The notes under the pieces were generated by a model. The model did not search any database. It was given only the letters and a program-made list of their open reading frames with translations, and had not been told where the DNA came from. Shown here piece after piece: positions 13,340-23,973 of a DNA stretch of 64,000 nt; positions within the stretch are counted from its first letter, which is position 1; the number at the start of each line of letters is the position of its first letter. The stretch is from Burkholderiales bacterium. Lineage in GTDB: Bacteria; Pseudomonadota; Gammaproteobacteria; Burkholderiales; Gallionellaceae. The DNA is taken from NCBI GenBank assembly GCA_038203435.1, contig JBBRDZ010000001.1:30366-94365 (forward strand). Reading direction: 5' to 3'. The position numbers and the translations under genes were made by a program.

Positions 13340-13828
13340 TCACAATCCGTAAATCGCCGAATGTGCGCCGGCTGCCATGAAAAAGAGCAACGGGATCGAA
13401 AGCATGGTATTGGTGCGCGAAGCAAGGAATGCAATGCGACGAGCCTTGTTCTTCTGTTCGTCGCTTGCAGGTTTCATGCCGAGTACCTTTTTCTGGTTCG
13501 GCCAGATCAGGCCCCAGACATTGAGTAACATGATCGTTCCCAGCCAGGCACCGATACCGATAGGCACGTGGCCGGGTTGCAAGGCAAAAGCGGCGGGAAA
13601 TGAGGAACCGAGCAAAGCCGCTCCGGCAAGCCAGGTCACCAAGGCAGACCAGCGAAAGTAGAACAGCGCTCGCGGTGCGACATGTTTGGTGATACCGGCT
13701 GCCGTGCTGTCCGCGGCAGCCGCCTTGAGAGCGGCGACCTGGACAAAGTTGAAGTAATACAGCAGCCCTATCCACATCACGCCTGCCATCAGATGCAGCC
13801 AGCGCATCATTGCCGGTACGTAGTCCAT
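13340..13828 (-). CDS. Stand-alone PuuD-like (Urate_ox_N/DUF989) membrane protein without a cytochrome c domain
   Basis: RWLHLMAGVMWIGLLYYFNFVQ, NVWGLIWPNQKK, ASRTNTMLSIP; AGGAG RBS before ATG 13828. Confidence 0.82.
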   Translation of the reverse strand: MDYVPAMMRWLHLMAGVMWIGLLYYFNFVQVAALKAAAADSTAAGITKHVAPRALFYFRWSALVTWLAGAALLGSSFPAAFALQPGHVPIGIGAWLGTIMLLNVWGLIWPNQKKVLGMKPASDEQKNKARRIAFLASRTNTMLSIPLLFFMAAGAHSAIYGL

Positions 13829-13876
13829 ATTTAATCTCCTTAAAACGTTAACATCAGAAACGTGCAAATGTTGTAG

Positions 13877-13972
13877 TTATTTGATAAGTCCGAGTGCAAG
13901 GCTATACAACGCGATGGTCAAAATGACGCCTGAGATTACCGTTCCCCACAATGTGTCCAGTGGATTCTTCAT
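13877..13972 (-). CDS. 31-aa single-TM microprotein MKNPLDTLWGTVISGVILTIALYSLALGLIK
   Basis: Translated by hand; AAAGGA RBS upstream, ATG start, TAA stop, one clean hydrophobic helix; co-oriented 48 nt upstream of the PuuD-like gene. Confidence 0.75.
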   Translation of the reverse strand: MKNPLDTLWGTVISGVILTIALYSLALGLIK

Positions 13973-14079
13973 GATTTGGATTTCCTTTAACAGTTGAGAG
14001 AATTTCAGTGCCCGTTTAATACCCTAGTGTATTCGTTGGAAAAGACTCTAGCGTATTTTTCCGATAGCAGCAATAGACT

Positions 14080-15606
14080 TCAGCCTATGCCGTAAAAGTG
14101 AACCCCGAATAAGGTCAGGCCAAAAACCATCAGAATGAGCAATGTCAACAAAACGTTATGCAGGCTTTGTTGTTTCAGTATTTTGTCCAATAATTCATCG
14201 TTGCTGTTCGTGTTTTGAGCGGCCAGAAATCGGTGCAGCAGACGCGGCAGTTGCGGTAACAGGCTGGCGTAATTGGGCGCTTCAACACGCAGTGCCTTGA
14301 CAAAACCGCGCCAGCCGATCTGCTCGCTCATCCAGCGTTCCAGCCACGGCTTGGCGGTCTTCCACAGGTCCAGCTCCGGATCGAGCTGCAAACCCAATCC
14401 TTCAATATTGAGTAGCGTCTTTTGCAGCAATACCAATTGAGGTTGGACCTGGATACCAAAGCGGCGCGAGGTCTGGAACAGGCGCAATAACACACGGCCG
14501 AATGAAACCTCACGTAACGGTTTGTCGAAGATCGGTTCACATACAGCGCGTATCGCTGTTTCCAGCTCATCCACACGGGTATCGATAGGCGCCCAGCCCG
14601 ATTCGATATGCACTTCGGCAACGCGCTTGTAATCGCGGCGGAAAAACGCGATGAAGTTCTGCGCCAGATAATGTTTGTCGGTGTCGGTAAGCGTGCCCAT
14701 GATGCCGAAATCCAGCGCGATATACTGACCGTTCGCGGTGACCTGAACATTGCCGGGATGCATATCCGCGTGAAAAAAACCGTCGCGGAACACCTGGGTG
14801 TAAAAGATCTCCACGCCGTTTCTGGCCAGTTTGGCGATATCCACCCCGGCGTTGCGCAGCTCTTCGACCTGGCTAACGGGCGTGCCATACATGCGCTCCA
14901 TCACCATGATTTCGGTGCTGCAATATTCCCAGTAGATTTCGGGAACCAGCAACAGTGTCGAATGGGCAAAATTGCGCCTGAGCAGGCTGGCGTTGGCTGC
15001 CTCGCGCATCAGGTCCAGTTCGTCCTCGAGATGCGTTTCAAATTCGATGATCACTTCGCGGGGTTTGAGACGGCGTCCGTCGGCCCATAGCCATTCGATC
15101 AGCTCGGCCGCCACTTTCATCAGTGCAACATCGTGCGCGATGACTGCGGTGATGCCGGGGCGCAAGACCTTGACCGCTACCGCCCGCCCGTCCGGCAGTT
15201 CCGCAAAATGAACCTGTGCCACTGAAGCGCTGGCGACGGGGGTAGATTCAAAACTTTTAAACACCGCCAGCAGGGGTTTGCGATAGGCTCTTTCCAGTAG
15301 CGCGACAGCCTGTTCGGACGGGAATGGAGGAACCCGGTCTTGCAACTTGGCAAGTTCGTCGGCAAGGTCGGCGGGCATCAGATCGCGGCGCGTGGACAGC
15401 ATCTGCCCGAATTTGACGAAGATCGGCCCGAGCGCTTCCAACGCCAATCGCAACCGTACCGCGCGAGGCTTTTTGGTGTTGCGCAGAAACAGCATCACGT
15501 TCAGCGGCAAGCGCAACCAGCGTACCCGTTCATGCGCCAACAGAAACTCATCCAGTCCGAAACGCAGCGCAACAACGATGATTTTGATCAGGCGGAAGAT
15601 GCGCAT
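14080..15606 (-). CDS. ubiB: Ubiquinone biosynthesis kinase-like protein
   Basis: [37 protein letters not shown]. Confidence 0.97.
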   Translation of the reverse strand: MRIFRLIKIIVVALRFGLDEFLLAHERVRWLRLPLNVMLFLRNTKKPRAVRLRLALEALGPIFVKFGQMLSTRRDLMPADLADELAKLQDRVPPFPSEQAVALLERAYRKPLLAVFKSFESTPVASASVAQVHFAELPDGRAVAVKVLRPGITAVIAHDVALMKVAAELIEWLWADGRRLKPREVIIEFETHLEDELDLMREAANASLLRRNFAHSTLLLVPEIYWEYCSTEIMVMERMYGTPVSQVEELRNAGVDIAKLARNGVEIFYTQVFRDGFFHADMHPGNVQVTANGQYIALDFGIMGTLTDTDKHYLAQNFIAFFRRDYKRVAEVHIESGWAPIDTRVDELETAIRAVCEPIFDKPLREVSFGRVLLRLFQTSRRFGIQVQPQLVLLQKTLLNIEGLGLQLDPELDLWKTAKPWLERWMSEQIGWRGFVKALRVEAPNYASLLPQLPRLLHRFLAAQNTNSNDELLDKILKQQSLHNVLLTLLILMVFGLTLFGVHFYGIG

Positions 15607-15608
15607 GC

Positions 15609-16190
15609 TCAGTTCTTGTTGCCGGAAGATAATCGGTCGATACGCTGTTGCAGCCGCGCTGCATCATCGCGTAACGCATCTACCTGTTGCATGAAAGCGG
15701 AAACCTGCCGAGGTTTGGCAAGCAGCGGGCGCTCCTCGGTCAGGTATTCCGCGGCAGCTTGCGTGAGACTGGCCGCAGCATCACGCAACTGTTGTTGCGT
15801 GCTATGCAAGGTATGTACAACGCGTTCTGCAACCATGTCACCGGTGAAGGCACTCAGGTCTTCCGCAGCATCCCATCGCAGGTTACGCGACAGAAAGAAA
15901 ATTTCTGCAAGCAGCCCCGCATCTCCTTCGCTGCGTATCTCGGCATGGGACTGCTCGTCATGCACAGCCAGCCGGGGCAACAGGGAGGGAGCGATGACAC
16001 AGCAGACATCGGTAGCGGATGCAATATCTGCACTGCGCAGCGTGCCGTCTTCCAGGATGGTGCAGGCAAAAGAAAACGGCGCGATATCAAACCTGGCCGA
16101 TTTGCCCGCGAAACGAGCGAGTCTGGGCAGGGCCCAGCTGTTTTGCCTGAGCAGGTGATTCAATGCCATGACGGAAGGACGGGCGAGCAT
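15609..16190 (-). CDS. ubiJ: Ubiquinone biosynthesis accessory factor (SCP2 domain)
   Basis: [21 protein letters not shown], coiled-coil end; directly upstream of ubiB. Confidence 0.9.
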   Translation of the reverse strand: MLARPSVMALNHLLRQNSWALPRLARFAGKSARFDIAPFSFACTILEDGTLRSADIASATDVCCVIAPSLLPRLAVHDEQSHAEIRSEGDAGLLAEIFFLSRNLRWDAAEDLSAFTGDMVAERVVHTLHSTQQQLRDAAASLTQAAAEYLTEERPLLAKPRQVSAFMQQVDALRDDAARLQQRIDRLSSGNKN

Positions 16191-16375
16191 GCTGGATCAA
16201 AGCAAAGCGGCATGCCGGTTCAGTATCATCAGCATCTGTAATCGGTTCATGGATATCACATCGGTGGGTAAAGCAAAACAGATAGAAGTATACCACCGGC
16301 AATTGAAGCTACGGCGCACCTGTATTTCAGCTCAGACCAAAAAGTATGGCCATGCTGTGCTAATTTACAGTCGTA

Positions 16376-16885
16376 TCACTTTATTTTGGGCGGTAGCAGG
16401 ATGGACTCACCGTCGATCGAAAATACGCCTTTGCCATGGTGATGTTTCGTCCGTGGATGCTTTAGCTCGCGGCTTATCGCTTCAAGAACACACAAGTTGA
16501 ATTCGGGAGCCATCTTCATATAGGCAACCGTGCACCAGGTTTGCATAACAATCTGCGATGAGCGGCGCCTGGACGCGGGAGGCTGGCATCGAAGTGAGCC
16601 TGAATTTATCGATCCTGCAACAGGAGCTATTTCCGCAACCCGCCACTATTCTTGCAAGTGCCGTTGTCGGTATGCCACGCACTTCTTGCTGGCCGTCAAC
16701 AAGTTGAACGAATAGCTGCGGTTGCTGATCACGCATCCCAAGAGTGGCGGCTCGAATTCGGGCATGGTGTGCCACGACATAGTCATGATGTTTGGGCGGC
16801 GCTTGCCGGCGGTCGTGTCCAATACTACCGGTCCCGGGTCGAGCAGGCGATAGACTTTGGACAAAGGAAAGGATTTCCTGGGCAT
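16376..16885 (-). pseudogene. Flavin reductase-like protein, frameshifted
   Basis: MPRKSFPLSKVYRLLDPGPVVL..NIMTMSWHTM, then IPT..GCGN..APLIADCYANL, then FNLCVLE..PRTKHHHGKGVF..K*, in different reading frames. Confidence 0.8.
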
Positions 16886-16930
16886 CTCCATACCTCCACT
16901 GACGACAATAACCACGCCATTCGAACCTTG

Positions 16931-17644
16931 TCAAAACGGCGGTTCGCAGATCAGCGACAGCGTCTCATTGAGGGATGGATGGACGAAATTCAGCCCGCTG
17001 GCGTGCAGTAACAGTCGTTCCGTTCCAACATCTGTATCGTCCCCGTACAACGCATCGCCAAGAATCGGATGCCTGATGGATGCCATATGTACCCGCAACT
17101 GGTGAGTACGCCCGGTTACCGGTTCCAGTTCCAGGCGGCTGTCAGTCAGAGCTTGATGTGGCGCAGTGCCGATAGGACGCTTTATATATTCAAGCAGGCG
17201 GAATCGTGTGAGCGAGGGTTTTCCGACGGAGATATCCACCTTTTGCCGCGGGCGATTCGGCCAGTCTGCGCCCAACGGAAGATCAATCTCTCCAGTGGCG
17301 TCCTCAACTCGTCCGGATACGATCGCGATATAGAATTTTTTCACCCCGCGCTCGCGGAACAAACGGGAAAGCCGTTGATGCATATCAGCATCCCGGGCAA
17401 AAACCAGCAGGCCGGAAGTGCTCATATCCAGCCGATGCACACACAGTGCTTCCGGAAATTCCTGATGTATACGGGTCAACAGGCTGTCATTTTTATCCGC
17501 GCCGCGTCCCGGAACCGAAAGTAGGCCGGCAGGTTTGTTTACTACCAGTAGCGATTCGTCACAGTAGCGCAAATCAAGGCCGCTGTCGGGAGGCGGGTCG
17601 TAAGATGTCGGGGACACAATCGTATTCAGGCTATGGGCGTGCAT
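16931..17644 (-). CDS. rluA: RluA family pseudouridine synthase (start uncertain)
   Basis: VNKPAGLLSVPG, VHRLDMSTSG, TGRTHQLRVH, LLLHA. Confidence 0.92.
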   Translation of the reverse strand: MHAHSLNTIVSPTSYDPPPDSGLDLRYCDESLLVVNKPAGLLSVPGRGADKNDSLLTRIHQEFPEALCVHRLDMSTSGLLVFARDADMHQRLSRLFRERGVKKFYIAIVSGRVEDATGEIDLPLGADWPNRPRQKVDISVGKPSLTRFRLLEYIKRPIGTAPHQALTDSRLELEPVTGRTHQLRVHMASIRHPILGDALYGDDTDVGTERLLLHASGLNFVHPSLNETLSLICEPPF

Positions 17645-17725
17645 ATCGCATTTTGCCAAACAGGCAATCATCCATACCTGGATACATTAAGTGCCCGGTC
17701 CGGCTTAGCTGGAAAAGATTTGATG

Positions 17726-18652
17726 CTAGGAGAATTGCCGTTGTATGGCATTGGCAGACAGGATTGAAAATTCGACCACATCGGACGAGTTTTCGGCAAA
17801 CGACTCACCCAGGCTGATAGTGCCATTGCCTTGCAGAAATAATTCCTCGCGGGTGATGTGCGCCACTTTGCCGTCACTGAAACGAATATAGGTTCCGTTA
17901 GTGCTTTGATCGATGATGATGAATTTTCCGAAACGCAATTCAATGTGTATATGCAGGCGCGAAGCCAGGTCATTATGGACGACCAGGTCACAAGTCTCAT
18001 CCCGACCCAATATCACGCTTCTGCTTTCCTTGTTGACCTTGATCGTACTGTCACGATAACGCAATACCAGCTCATCGATATTGTCCGGAGTCTTGCGGTA
18101 TGCTGGCATGCCGATGCGGGTGCTCATGGTATCTTGCTGCTCGATAACGATCTGGTAGATATCGAGCCGATCCTGTTTACCCTTGAATTCAGCGCGCAGG
18201 ATAGGACGCATTCTGTTCTGCAAATCGACGGGCAAGGCATCGAATACCGCCTGGGTCGCCATGATCTGGCCGGCCCTCGTGATCGCCGCGACGCGCGATG
18301 CGACGTTGACCGTATTGCCGAACACATCATTGGACTCTTTGATGACTTCGCCGAAATTGAAGCCGATGCGTATATGCGTGGGAAGTCCGTCCAGCGGCCG
18401 GATGTGTTCCACCGCCGACCGCATTGAGCAAGCCGCATGAAAGGCTGCTTCGGCATCCGGGAAAGTGGCCATGACCTCGTCGCCTATGGTTTTGATCAGC
18501 GTACCACCGAAGGCAAGGATCTTGTCGCTCATCGTGTTGATGCACTGGAACACCAATTTGCGCGCCAAGTCGTCGCCCAGGTTTTCATAGAGCGACGTGC
18601 TGCCGCAAATATCGGCAAACAGGACCGCAAGTTTTTCTACGCTTTGTGACAT
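17726..18652 (-). CDS. Class III adenylate/guanylate cyclase fused to a C-terminal FHA domain
   Basis: VLFADICGST, KTIGDEVM, DVFGNTVNVASR; FHA motifs LGRD, ASRLH, DQSTNGT. Confidence 0.92.
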   Translation of the reverse strand: MSQSVEKLAVLFADICGSTSLYENLGDDLARKLVFQCINTMSDKILAFGGTLIKTIGDEVMATFPDAEAAFHAACSMRSAVEHIRPLDGLPTHIRIGFNFGEVIKESNDVFGNTVNVASRVAAITRAGQIMATQAVFDALPVDLQNRMRPILRAEFKGKQDRLDIYQIVIEQQDTMSTRIGMPAYRKTPDNIDELVLRYRDSTIKVNKESRSVILGRDETCDLVVHNDLASRLHIHIELRFGKFIIIDQSTNGTYIRFSDGKVAHITREELFLQGNGTISLGESFAENSSDVVEFSILSANAIQRQFS

Positions 18653-18909
18653 AAGGGATTGTTAGAGGCGTCTAAAACAGAACAGAAAATGAAATTGCTT
18701 GTAATTATCGCTGCATGCGAACACCGGAATCGGTTAGGCGCCCCGCTTCGCGAAGCGCCGGCACGGCTGTGGTTTTTATTGAATACCTGCATTACAAACA
18801 TGGTACGCATCATCGCTGAAGTGGGTGAGGGATGCAAGGGGGCAGGCTGAAAGCGGGGCCTGTAGCCTGTTCGGCTGAAATCATTTACGTGCCAAAATTC
18901 GTCCGTGTT

Positions 18910-19251
18910 CTAGGCTTTCCTGACAAACTCCGACTTCAGTGACATCGCGCCGATGCCGTCGATTTTGCAGTCGATGTCGTGGTCGCCCTCGACCAGGCAG
19001 ATGTTCTTCACTTTGGTGCCCACCTTCACCACCGACGACGAACCCTTGATCTTCAGGTCCTTGATCACTGTGACGCTGTCGCCATCGTTCAGCACGTTGC
19101 CGGAGGCATCTTTTACCACGCGCTTCTCGTCTGCACTTTCTGCTGCTGCGGTTGCGCTCCACTCATGTGCACATTCCGGGCAGATGAAAATGTTGCCGTC
19201 CGCGTAGGTGAATTCGGAATTGCATTTCGGGCATTTGGGTAAACCGCTCAT
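18910..19251 (-). CDS. phnA: PhnA/YjdM zinc-ribbon protein
   Basis: [38 protein letters not shown]. Confidence 0.93.
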   Translation of the reverse strand: MSGLPKCPKCNSEFTYADGNIFICPECAHEWSATAAAESADEKRVVKDASGNVLNDGDSVTVIKDLKIKGSSSVVKVGTKVKNICLVEGDHDIDCKIDGIGAMSLKSEFVRKA

Positions 19252-19291
19252 GGAGTTTCCCTGGATTTGATTAGCAAGGGGTATTTGTGTT

Positions 19292-19960
19292 TCAACTGTC
19301 CAACCACCACAAGCTATAAGCATTGAATGTTGGCAATGGGTCAGTTTTAGACAAGGTGTCTACAACTTCTCTGACAAGACTGACAAGCCACGATACATTG
19401 AAGTAAATAAGCCGGTCTGGTTTATCAATCCTATTGATGTAACTGATGGAGCTATCCTGTCGGGTCATAGCCCATGAATCAGAGCGTTCCCCAGGTTTAT
19501 ATTCATGTACATAACCAGAGCGAATTTCCTCATACAGGACACATGAATAAGAATTTTTCTTTAATGTCGCTGTATCAATTTCCGGATAAGCCACCCTAAG
19601 TTCATCAATAGTTTTGTCAACATCGCTACTTGTTATAACTCGTGTTTCTCCAAAAGGCATCAAGTCACTTTTGATTTGGTTGGATAACGGAATATATCCA
19701 CAATTTCGAATCGCACCGACAAGGAGGGGGACGCTGACTTTCTGACAATCGAAAGATGCCGCAGTATATTTAATCAGGAGTTCAACGAAGCGTTTTCTAT
19801 CTTGATTTCGCCCTGGCCAAACATCTGCGGCGATGCCACTCAATACGCTACAAAGAATAATTACCGCTTCAGCATATGAACCCCCACATTCACCTGCATT
19901 CAGGCGTAATGCGAGTTCAACTTTCTTATCGGACCATTCCTTTAACCAGCTATTGCTCAT
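19292..19960 (-). CDS. Low-GC hypothetical protein with HEPN-like RxxxxH motif
   Basis: 222-aa intact ORF; two sampled 60-nt lines are 37% and 42% GC, against visibly GC-rich flanks; [12 protein letters not shown]. Confidence 0.75.
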   Translation of the reverse strand: MSNSWLKEWSDKKVELALRLNAGECGGSYAEAVIILCSVLSGIAADVWPGRNQDRKRFVELLIKYTAASFDCQKVSVPLLVGAIRNCGYIPLSNQIKSDLMPFGETRVITSSDVDKTIDELRVAYPEIDTATLKKNSYSCVLYEEIRSGYVHEYKPGERSDSWAMTRQDSSISYINRIDKPDRLIYFNVSWLVSLVREVVDTLSKTDPLPTFNAYSLWWLDS

Positions 19961-20005
19961 CGATTCTTTTGTGGCGGGATATTTAGTTGATGGGCGAGAG
20001 CGTTG

Positions 20006-20740
20006 CTACAGCTTATACCCCCGATGCACCGCCACCACGCCGCCCGTCAAATTGAAGTATTCGACGCGCCCCAGCCCTGCATCGACCATCATCTGTTTGA
20101 GTTCTTCTTGCCCCGGATGCATGCGGATGGATTCGGCGAGATAGCGGTAACTGTCCGCGTCGCCCGCGATGAGTTGTCCCATTTTGGGCAGCAGCTTGAA
20201 GGAATAGAAGTCGTAGGCCTTTTCCAGCGGCTTGGCGACCCTGGAGAATTCCAGCACGATGACGCGGCCGCCCGGTTTGAGCACGCGATACATCTCGTGC
20301 AGCGCGGCATCCTTGTGCGTGACGTTGCGCAGGCCGAAGGCGATGCTGACACAGTCGAAATAATTATCGGGGAAGGGCAGGTGTTCGGCGTCGCATTGCG
20401 TGGTCGGCGTGGCGATGCCCTCGTCCAGCAGGCGGTCGCGGCCGACGCGCAACATGGCATTGTTGATGTCGGTGAGCACGACTTGGCCTGTTTCGCCGAC
20501 TTCCTTGAGAAATAGCCTTGAAAGATCCGCCGAGCCGCCCGCCACGTCCAGCACGCGCTGTCCCTTGCGCACACTGCTGAGGCTGACCGCATAACGTTTC
20601 CAGATGCGGTGCAGTCCGGCCGACATCAGGTCGTTCATCACGTCGTATTTGCCGGCGACCGAGGTGAACACGCCCGCGACGCGCTTGGCCTTCTCGGTTT
20701 CATCTACCGTTTCAAAACCGAAGTGGGTGGTTTTACTCAT
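20006..20740 (-). CDS. ubiE: Ubiquinone/menaquinone C-methyltransferase
   Basis: [40 protein letters not shown]. Confidence 0.98.
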   Translation of the reverse strand: MSKTTHFGFETVDETEKAKRVAGVFTSVAGKYDVMNDLMSAGLHRIWKRYAVSLSSVRKGQRVLDVAGGSADLSRLFLKEVGETGQVVLTDINNAMLRVGRDRLLDEGIATPTTQCDAEHLPFPDNYFDCVSIAFGLRNVTHKDAALHEMYRVLKPGGRVIVLEFSRVAKPLEKAYDFYSFKLLPKMGQLIAGDADSYRYLAESIRMHPGQEELKQMMVDAGLGRVEYFNLTGGVVAVHRGYKL

Positions 20741-20757
20741 GGTGGATACTCCGTTGT

Positions 20758-21159
20758 CTAATGACCGCAGCCCTTAGGGGTTGAGGCGGAAGTCTGATTG
20801 ACGGTAGGCTTACGGCTTGCACCGGCATCTTCCAGTTTTTGCAGATAGGCCTGCCAAAGTTCATCGCGTCTGTCGCCCAGATGCCGCAGGTATTCCCAGG
20901 AATACAGACCGCTGTCGTGGCCGTCGTCAAAGGTGATCTGCATGGCATAGCTGCCGACCGGTTCCACGCCGAGTACTTTCACGTCTTGTTTGCTGACTTG
21001 CAGCACTTCCTGCCCCGGGCCGTGTCCGCGTACCTCTGCAGAAGGAGACTGCACGCGCAAATATTCGTAAGACAGGCGATAGTTGCAACCATCGGCAAAG
21101 GCGAGCTCGAGCTCGCGGGATTGCTGGTGCAGTTTGATCTCAGTGGGTTGTTCTATCAT
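20758..21159 (-). CDS. DUF971/gamma-butyrobetaine hydroxylase-like N-terminal domain protein
   Basis: [27 protein letters not shown]. Confidence 0.9.
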   Translation of the reverse strand: MIEQPTEIKLHQQSRELELAFADGCNYRLSYEYLRVQSPSAEVRGHGPGQEVLQVSKQDVKVLGVEPVGSYAMQITFDDGHDSGLYSWEYLRHLGDRRDELWQAYLQKLEDAGASRKPTVNQTSASTPKGCGH

Positions 21160-21162
21160 GGT

Positions 21163-21648
21163 CTATAGGGAACGGATCTTTTTTAACAAGGCAGTGGTTG
21201 AACGTTCGTGCAAAAACGGGATGCTGTGTACTTTCCCTCCCCAGCTTTGCACCTCGCTTGCGCCGACGATGTTTTCGACCTTCCAGTCACCGCCCTTTGC
21301 CAACACCTCGGGGCGACAGGCGAGGATCAGGTTCAGCGGTGTGTCTTCGTCGAACTTCACCACCAGGCTGACCGATTCCAGCGCGGCAAGCACCATCATA
21401 CGGTCCTGTTCGGAATTGATCGGACGGTCATCGCCCTTGCCTTGCCGCTTAACCGAGGCATCGCTGTTCACGCCGACGATCAGCGCTGTGCCGAGTGCGC
21501 GTGCCTGCGCAAGGTAAGTCACGTGGCCGCGATGCAGCACGTCAAAACATCCGTTGGTAAATACCAACGGGTGCGGCAATGCGGCAGCCCGTGCGGCCAA
21601 TTCTGCCGGCGTGCAAATCTTGCTTTCGTATACGGGTGCGCGGTACAT
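21163..21648 (-). CDS. rfaE2: D-glycero-beta-D-manno-heptose 1-phosphate adenylyltransferase (RfaE domain II)
   Basis: [27 protein letters not shown]. Confidence 0.92.
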   Translation of the reverse strand: MYRAPVYESKICTPAELAARAAALPHPLVFTNGCFDVLHRGHVTYLAQARALGTALIVGVNSDASVKRQGKGDDRPINSEQDRMMVLAALESVSLVVKFDEDTPLNLILACRPEVLAKGGDWKVENIVGASEVQSWGGKVHSIPFLHERSTTALLKKIRSL

Positions 21649-21685
21649 CCGGCTAACTATTCAAACAATCGGGGAAGTGACACGG

Positions 21686-22303
<618 letters not shown>

Positions 22304-22429
22304 CTAAGCCAACCATGCTGTACTCCAGGTAGTACCTTTCATGGTTCTTGTTGCGGGCCAGCCCTTGAAGTCGCTGGAGCGGCTTATCTGCAACGCCTGC
22401 CGCCGGCATGATCACGGATATTAACCGAA

Positions 22430-22774
22430 TCATGCATCGAACGCATTCTTGAGCCACTGCATATTTTCTCCCTGATCGCCGCCCAGCAGTACGGCATCGA
22501 AGCGGCATGGCGGTGTGCGTACCAGGGTGGCGAGGTATTGTTGCGCGGTATGGATGATGCGTTGTTGTTTACGCGTGTCGATACTGGCAGCCGCCCCGCC
22601 AAAATCGGAGTTGCTGCGCAAGCGCACTTCGACGAATACCAGGGTAGTCCCATCCTGCATGATCAGATCGATCTCACCGAACCGGCTGCGATAGTTCTGC
22701 ACGACCAGGATCAGACCCTGTTGCAGCAAATAGTGCGCAGCCAGGCTTTCCGCCTGGGTACCCGACATTGTCAT
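22430..22774 (-). CDS. yraN: YraN (UPF0102) family protein
   Basis: GEIDLIM, LVFVEVR, CRFDAV. Confidence 0.95.
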   Translation of the reverse strand: MTMSGTQAESLAAHYLLQQGLILVVQNYRSRFGEIDLIMQDGTTLVFVEVRLRSNSDFGGAAASIDTRKQQRIIHTAQQYLATLVRTPPCRFDAVLLGGDQGENMQWLKNAFDA

Positions 22775-23973
22775 GGCGTGGTGTTGCCCTGTTCGGGGAA
22801 CATCTGCGTGATCGGCATGACCGGTGCATCGGACGGTTGCGCGCGCCCCTGGGCGAATATCGCCTGAGTGGCGAGACGCTGGAAGTTGTGTCCGCTGAGC
22901 AGGATCTGTCCGCTCACGCCGTCGAGGGGCAGGGAGTTCAATTTCCCGGCAAGCAGCAGCTGTATGAGACGGAATGAATCTATGCCTAGTGCATATAGCC
23001 GTTCACGGTCTGTTGGAAGAGGCGGGTCGGCCCGCGGATACACCATCACGGCGGGATGATCGGGCTGCAGCAACCAGGGCATATCGACAAAACGGATGCC
23101 GTTCAAATCGAAATTAGTCAGCGTGTTGTCGTTACCGACAAAGATTTGCGAGGTAGCGTATACCGGCAGCTTGTTCGGCAGGTATGGGCGTATCAGCCGT
23201 GCCTTTGCCGCATCGACGGCCAAAAACACCATCGTGTCGGTGATGTCCGCGATATCAGCGAACATCGTTGGATCTTCGTTAAATTCGCCCTCACGCAATA
23301 TGCCATGATCCGGATCAGACCATTCTTCCTCGAATGCGGATTGCAAGCGTTGCGACAGCGGCGTGTGAGTGGTGATGATGATGGCCTGGTGCAAACCCTG
23401 CTGTTTGGCCAGTTGCGCGACCTGACGGGCTTCAGTTTCCACTGACATGCCAAAGAAATACAGTTGTCCGGCTGGCTGGCCATCCACGATGTTCAAAGCC
23501 AGCGTCGGTACCGGAATGTCGTGTTCCGCAGCCAGTGCGCTTACGCCGCTGCGTGTCAGCGGACCGACCACGGCACGTGCGCCGTTGGCGATGGCTTGAC
23601 GGTAGGCAGTGACGACACCGTTGCCTTCTTCGAAGTCGCTGTATACGCGAACTGGCAAGATCAGGCTTTTGGGATTGATCGCCGCCATGAATCCCTGTTG
23701 CACCGCATCCGCTGCAGGACCGAAGACCGGGGATTGCAACGGTAGCAATAGCGCGATATGCGCGAAGGGCGTTATGGTCGGGAGAACCGGAGGCGTGACG
23801 ATGGCTTCGCCGGGCGCGGCCAGCGGCACGGGCTGTTCGATGCCAAGCGGCGCGGTCGGCGGCTGTTTAACCCCCGTCGCGGGAACGACAGGTCGCTCAA
23901 CTTCCGGCTTATGCGTTACGGTGCAAGCGTATAGTGAGAACAAGGTTAACAGCAAGAGGAATACACGTTGCAT
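22771..23973 (-). CDS. lpoA: Penicillin-binding protein activator lipoprotein (LppC/LpoA family)
   Basis: Lipobox LYAC, IALLLPL, VVGPLTR, RLYALGID; rsmI-lpoA-yraN synteny. Confidence 0.88.
   Translation of the reverse strand: MQRVFLLLLTLFSLYACTVTHKPEVERPVVPATGVKQPPTAPLGIEQPVPLAAPGEAIVTPPVLPTITPFAHIALLLPLQSPVFGPAADAVQQGFMAAINPKSLILPVRVYSDFEEGNGVVTAYRQAIANGARAVVGPLTRSGVSALAAEHDIPVPTLALNIVDGQPAGQLYFFGMSVETEARQVAQLAKQQGLHQAIIITTHTPLSQRLQSAFEEEWSDPDHGILREGEFNEDPTMFADIADITDTMVFLAVDAAKARLIRPYLPNKLPVYATSQIFVGNDNTLTNFDLNGIRFVDMPWLLQPDHPAVMVYPRADPPLPTDRERLYALGIDSFRLIQLLLAGKLNSLPLDGVSGQILLSGHNFQRLATQAIFAQGRAQPSDAPVMPITQMFPEQGNTTP

Noticed and set aside
18744-18757. Perfect 14-bp palindrome CGCTTCGCGAAGCG upstream of the cyclase gene
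   Set aside because: Single GC-rich copy with no promoter context; could be chance
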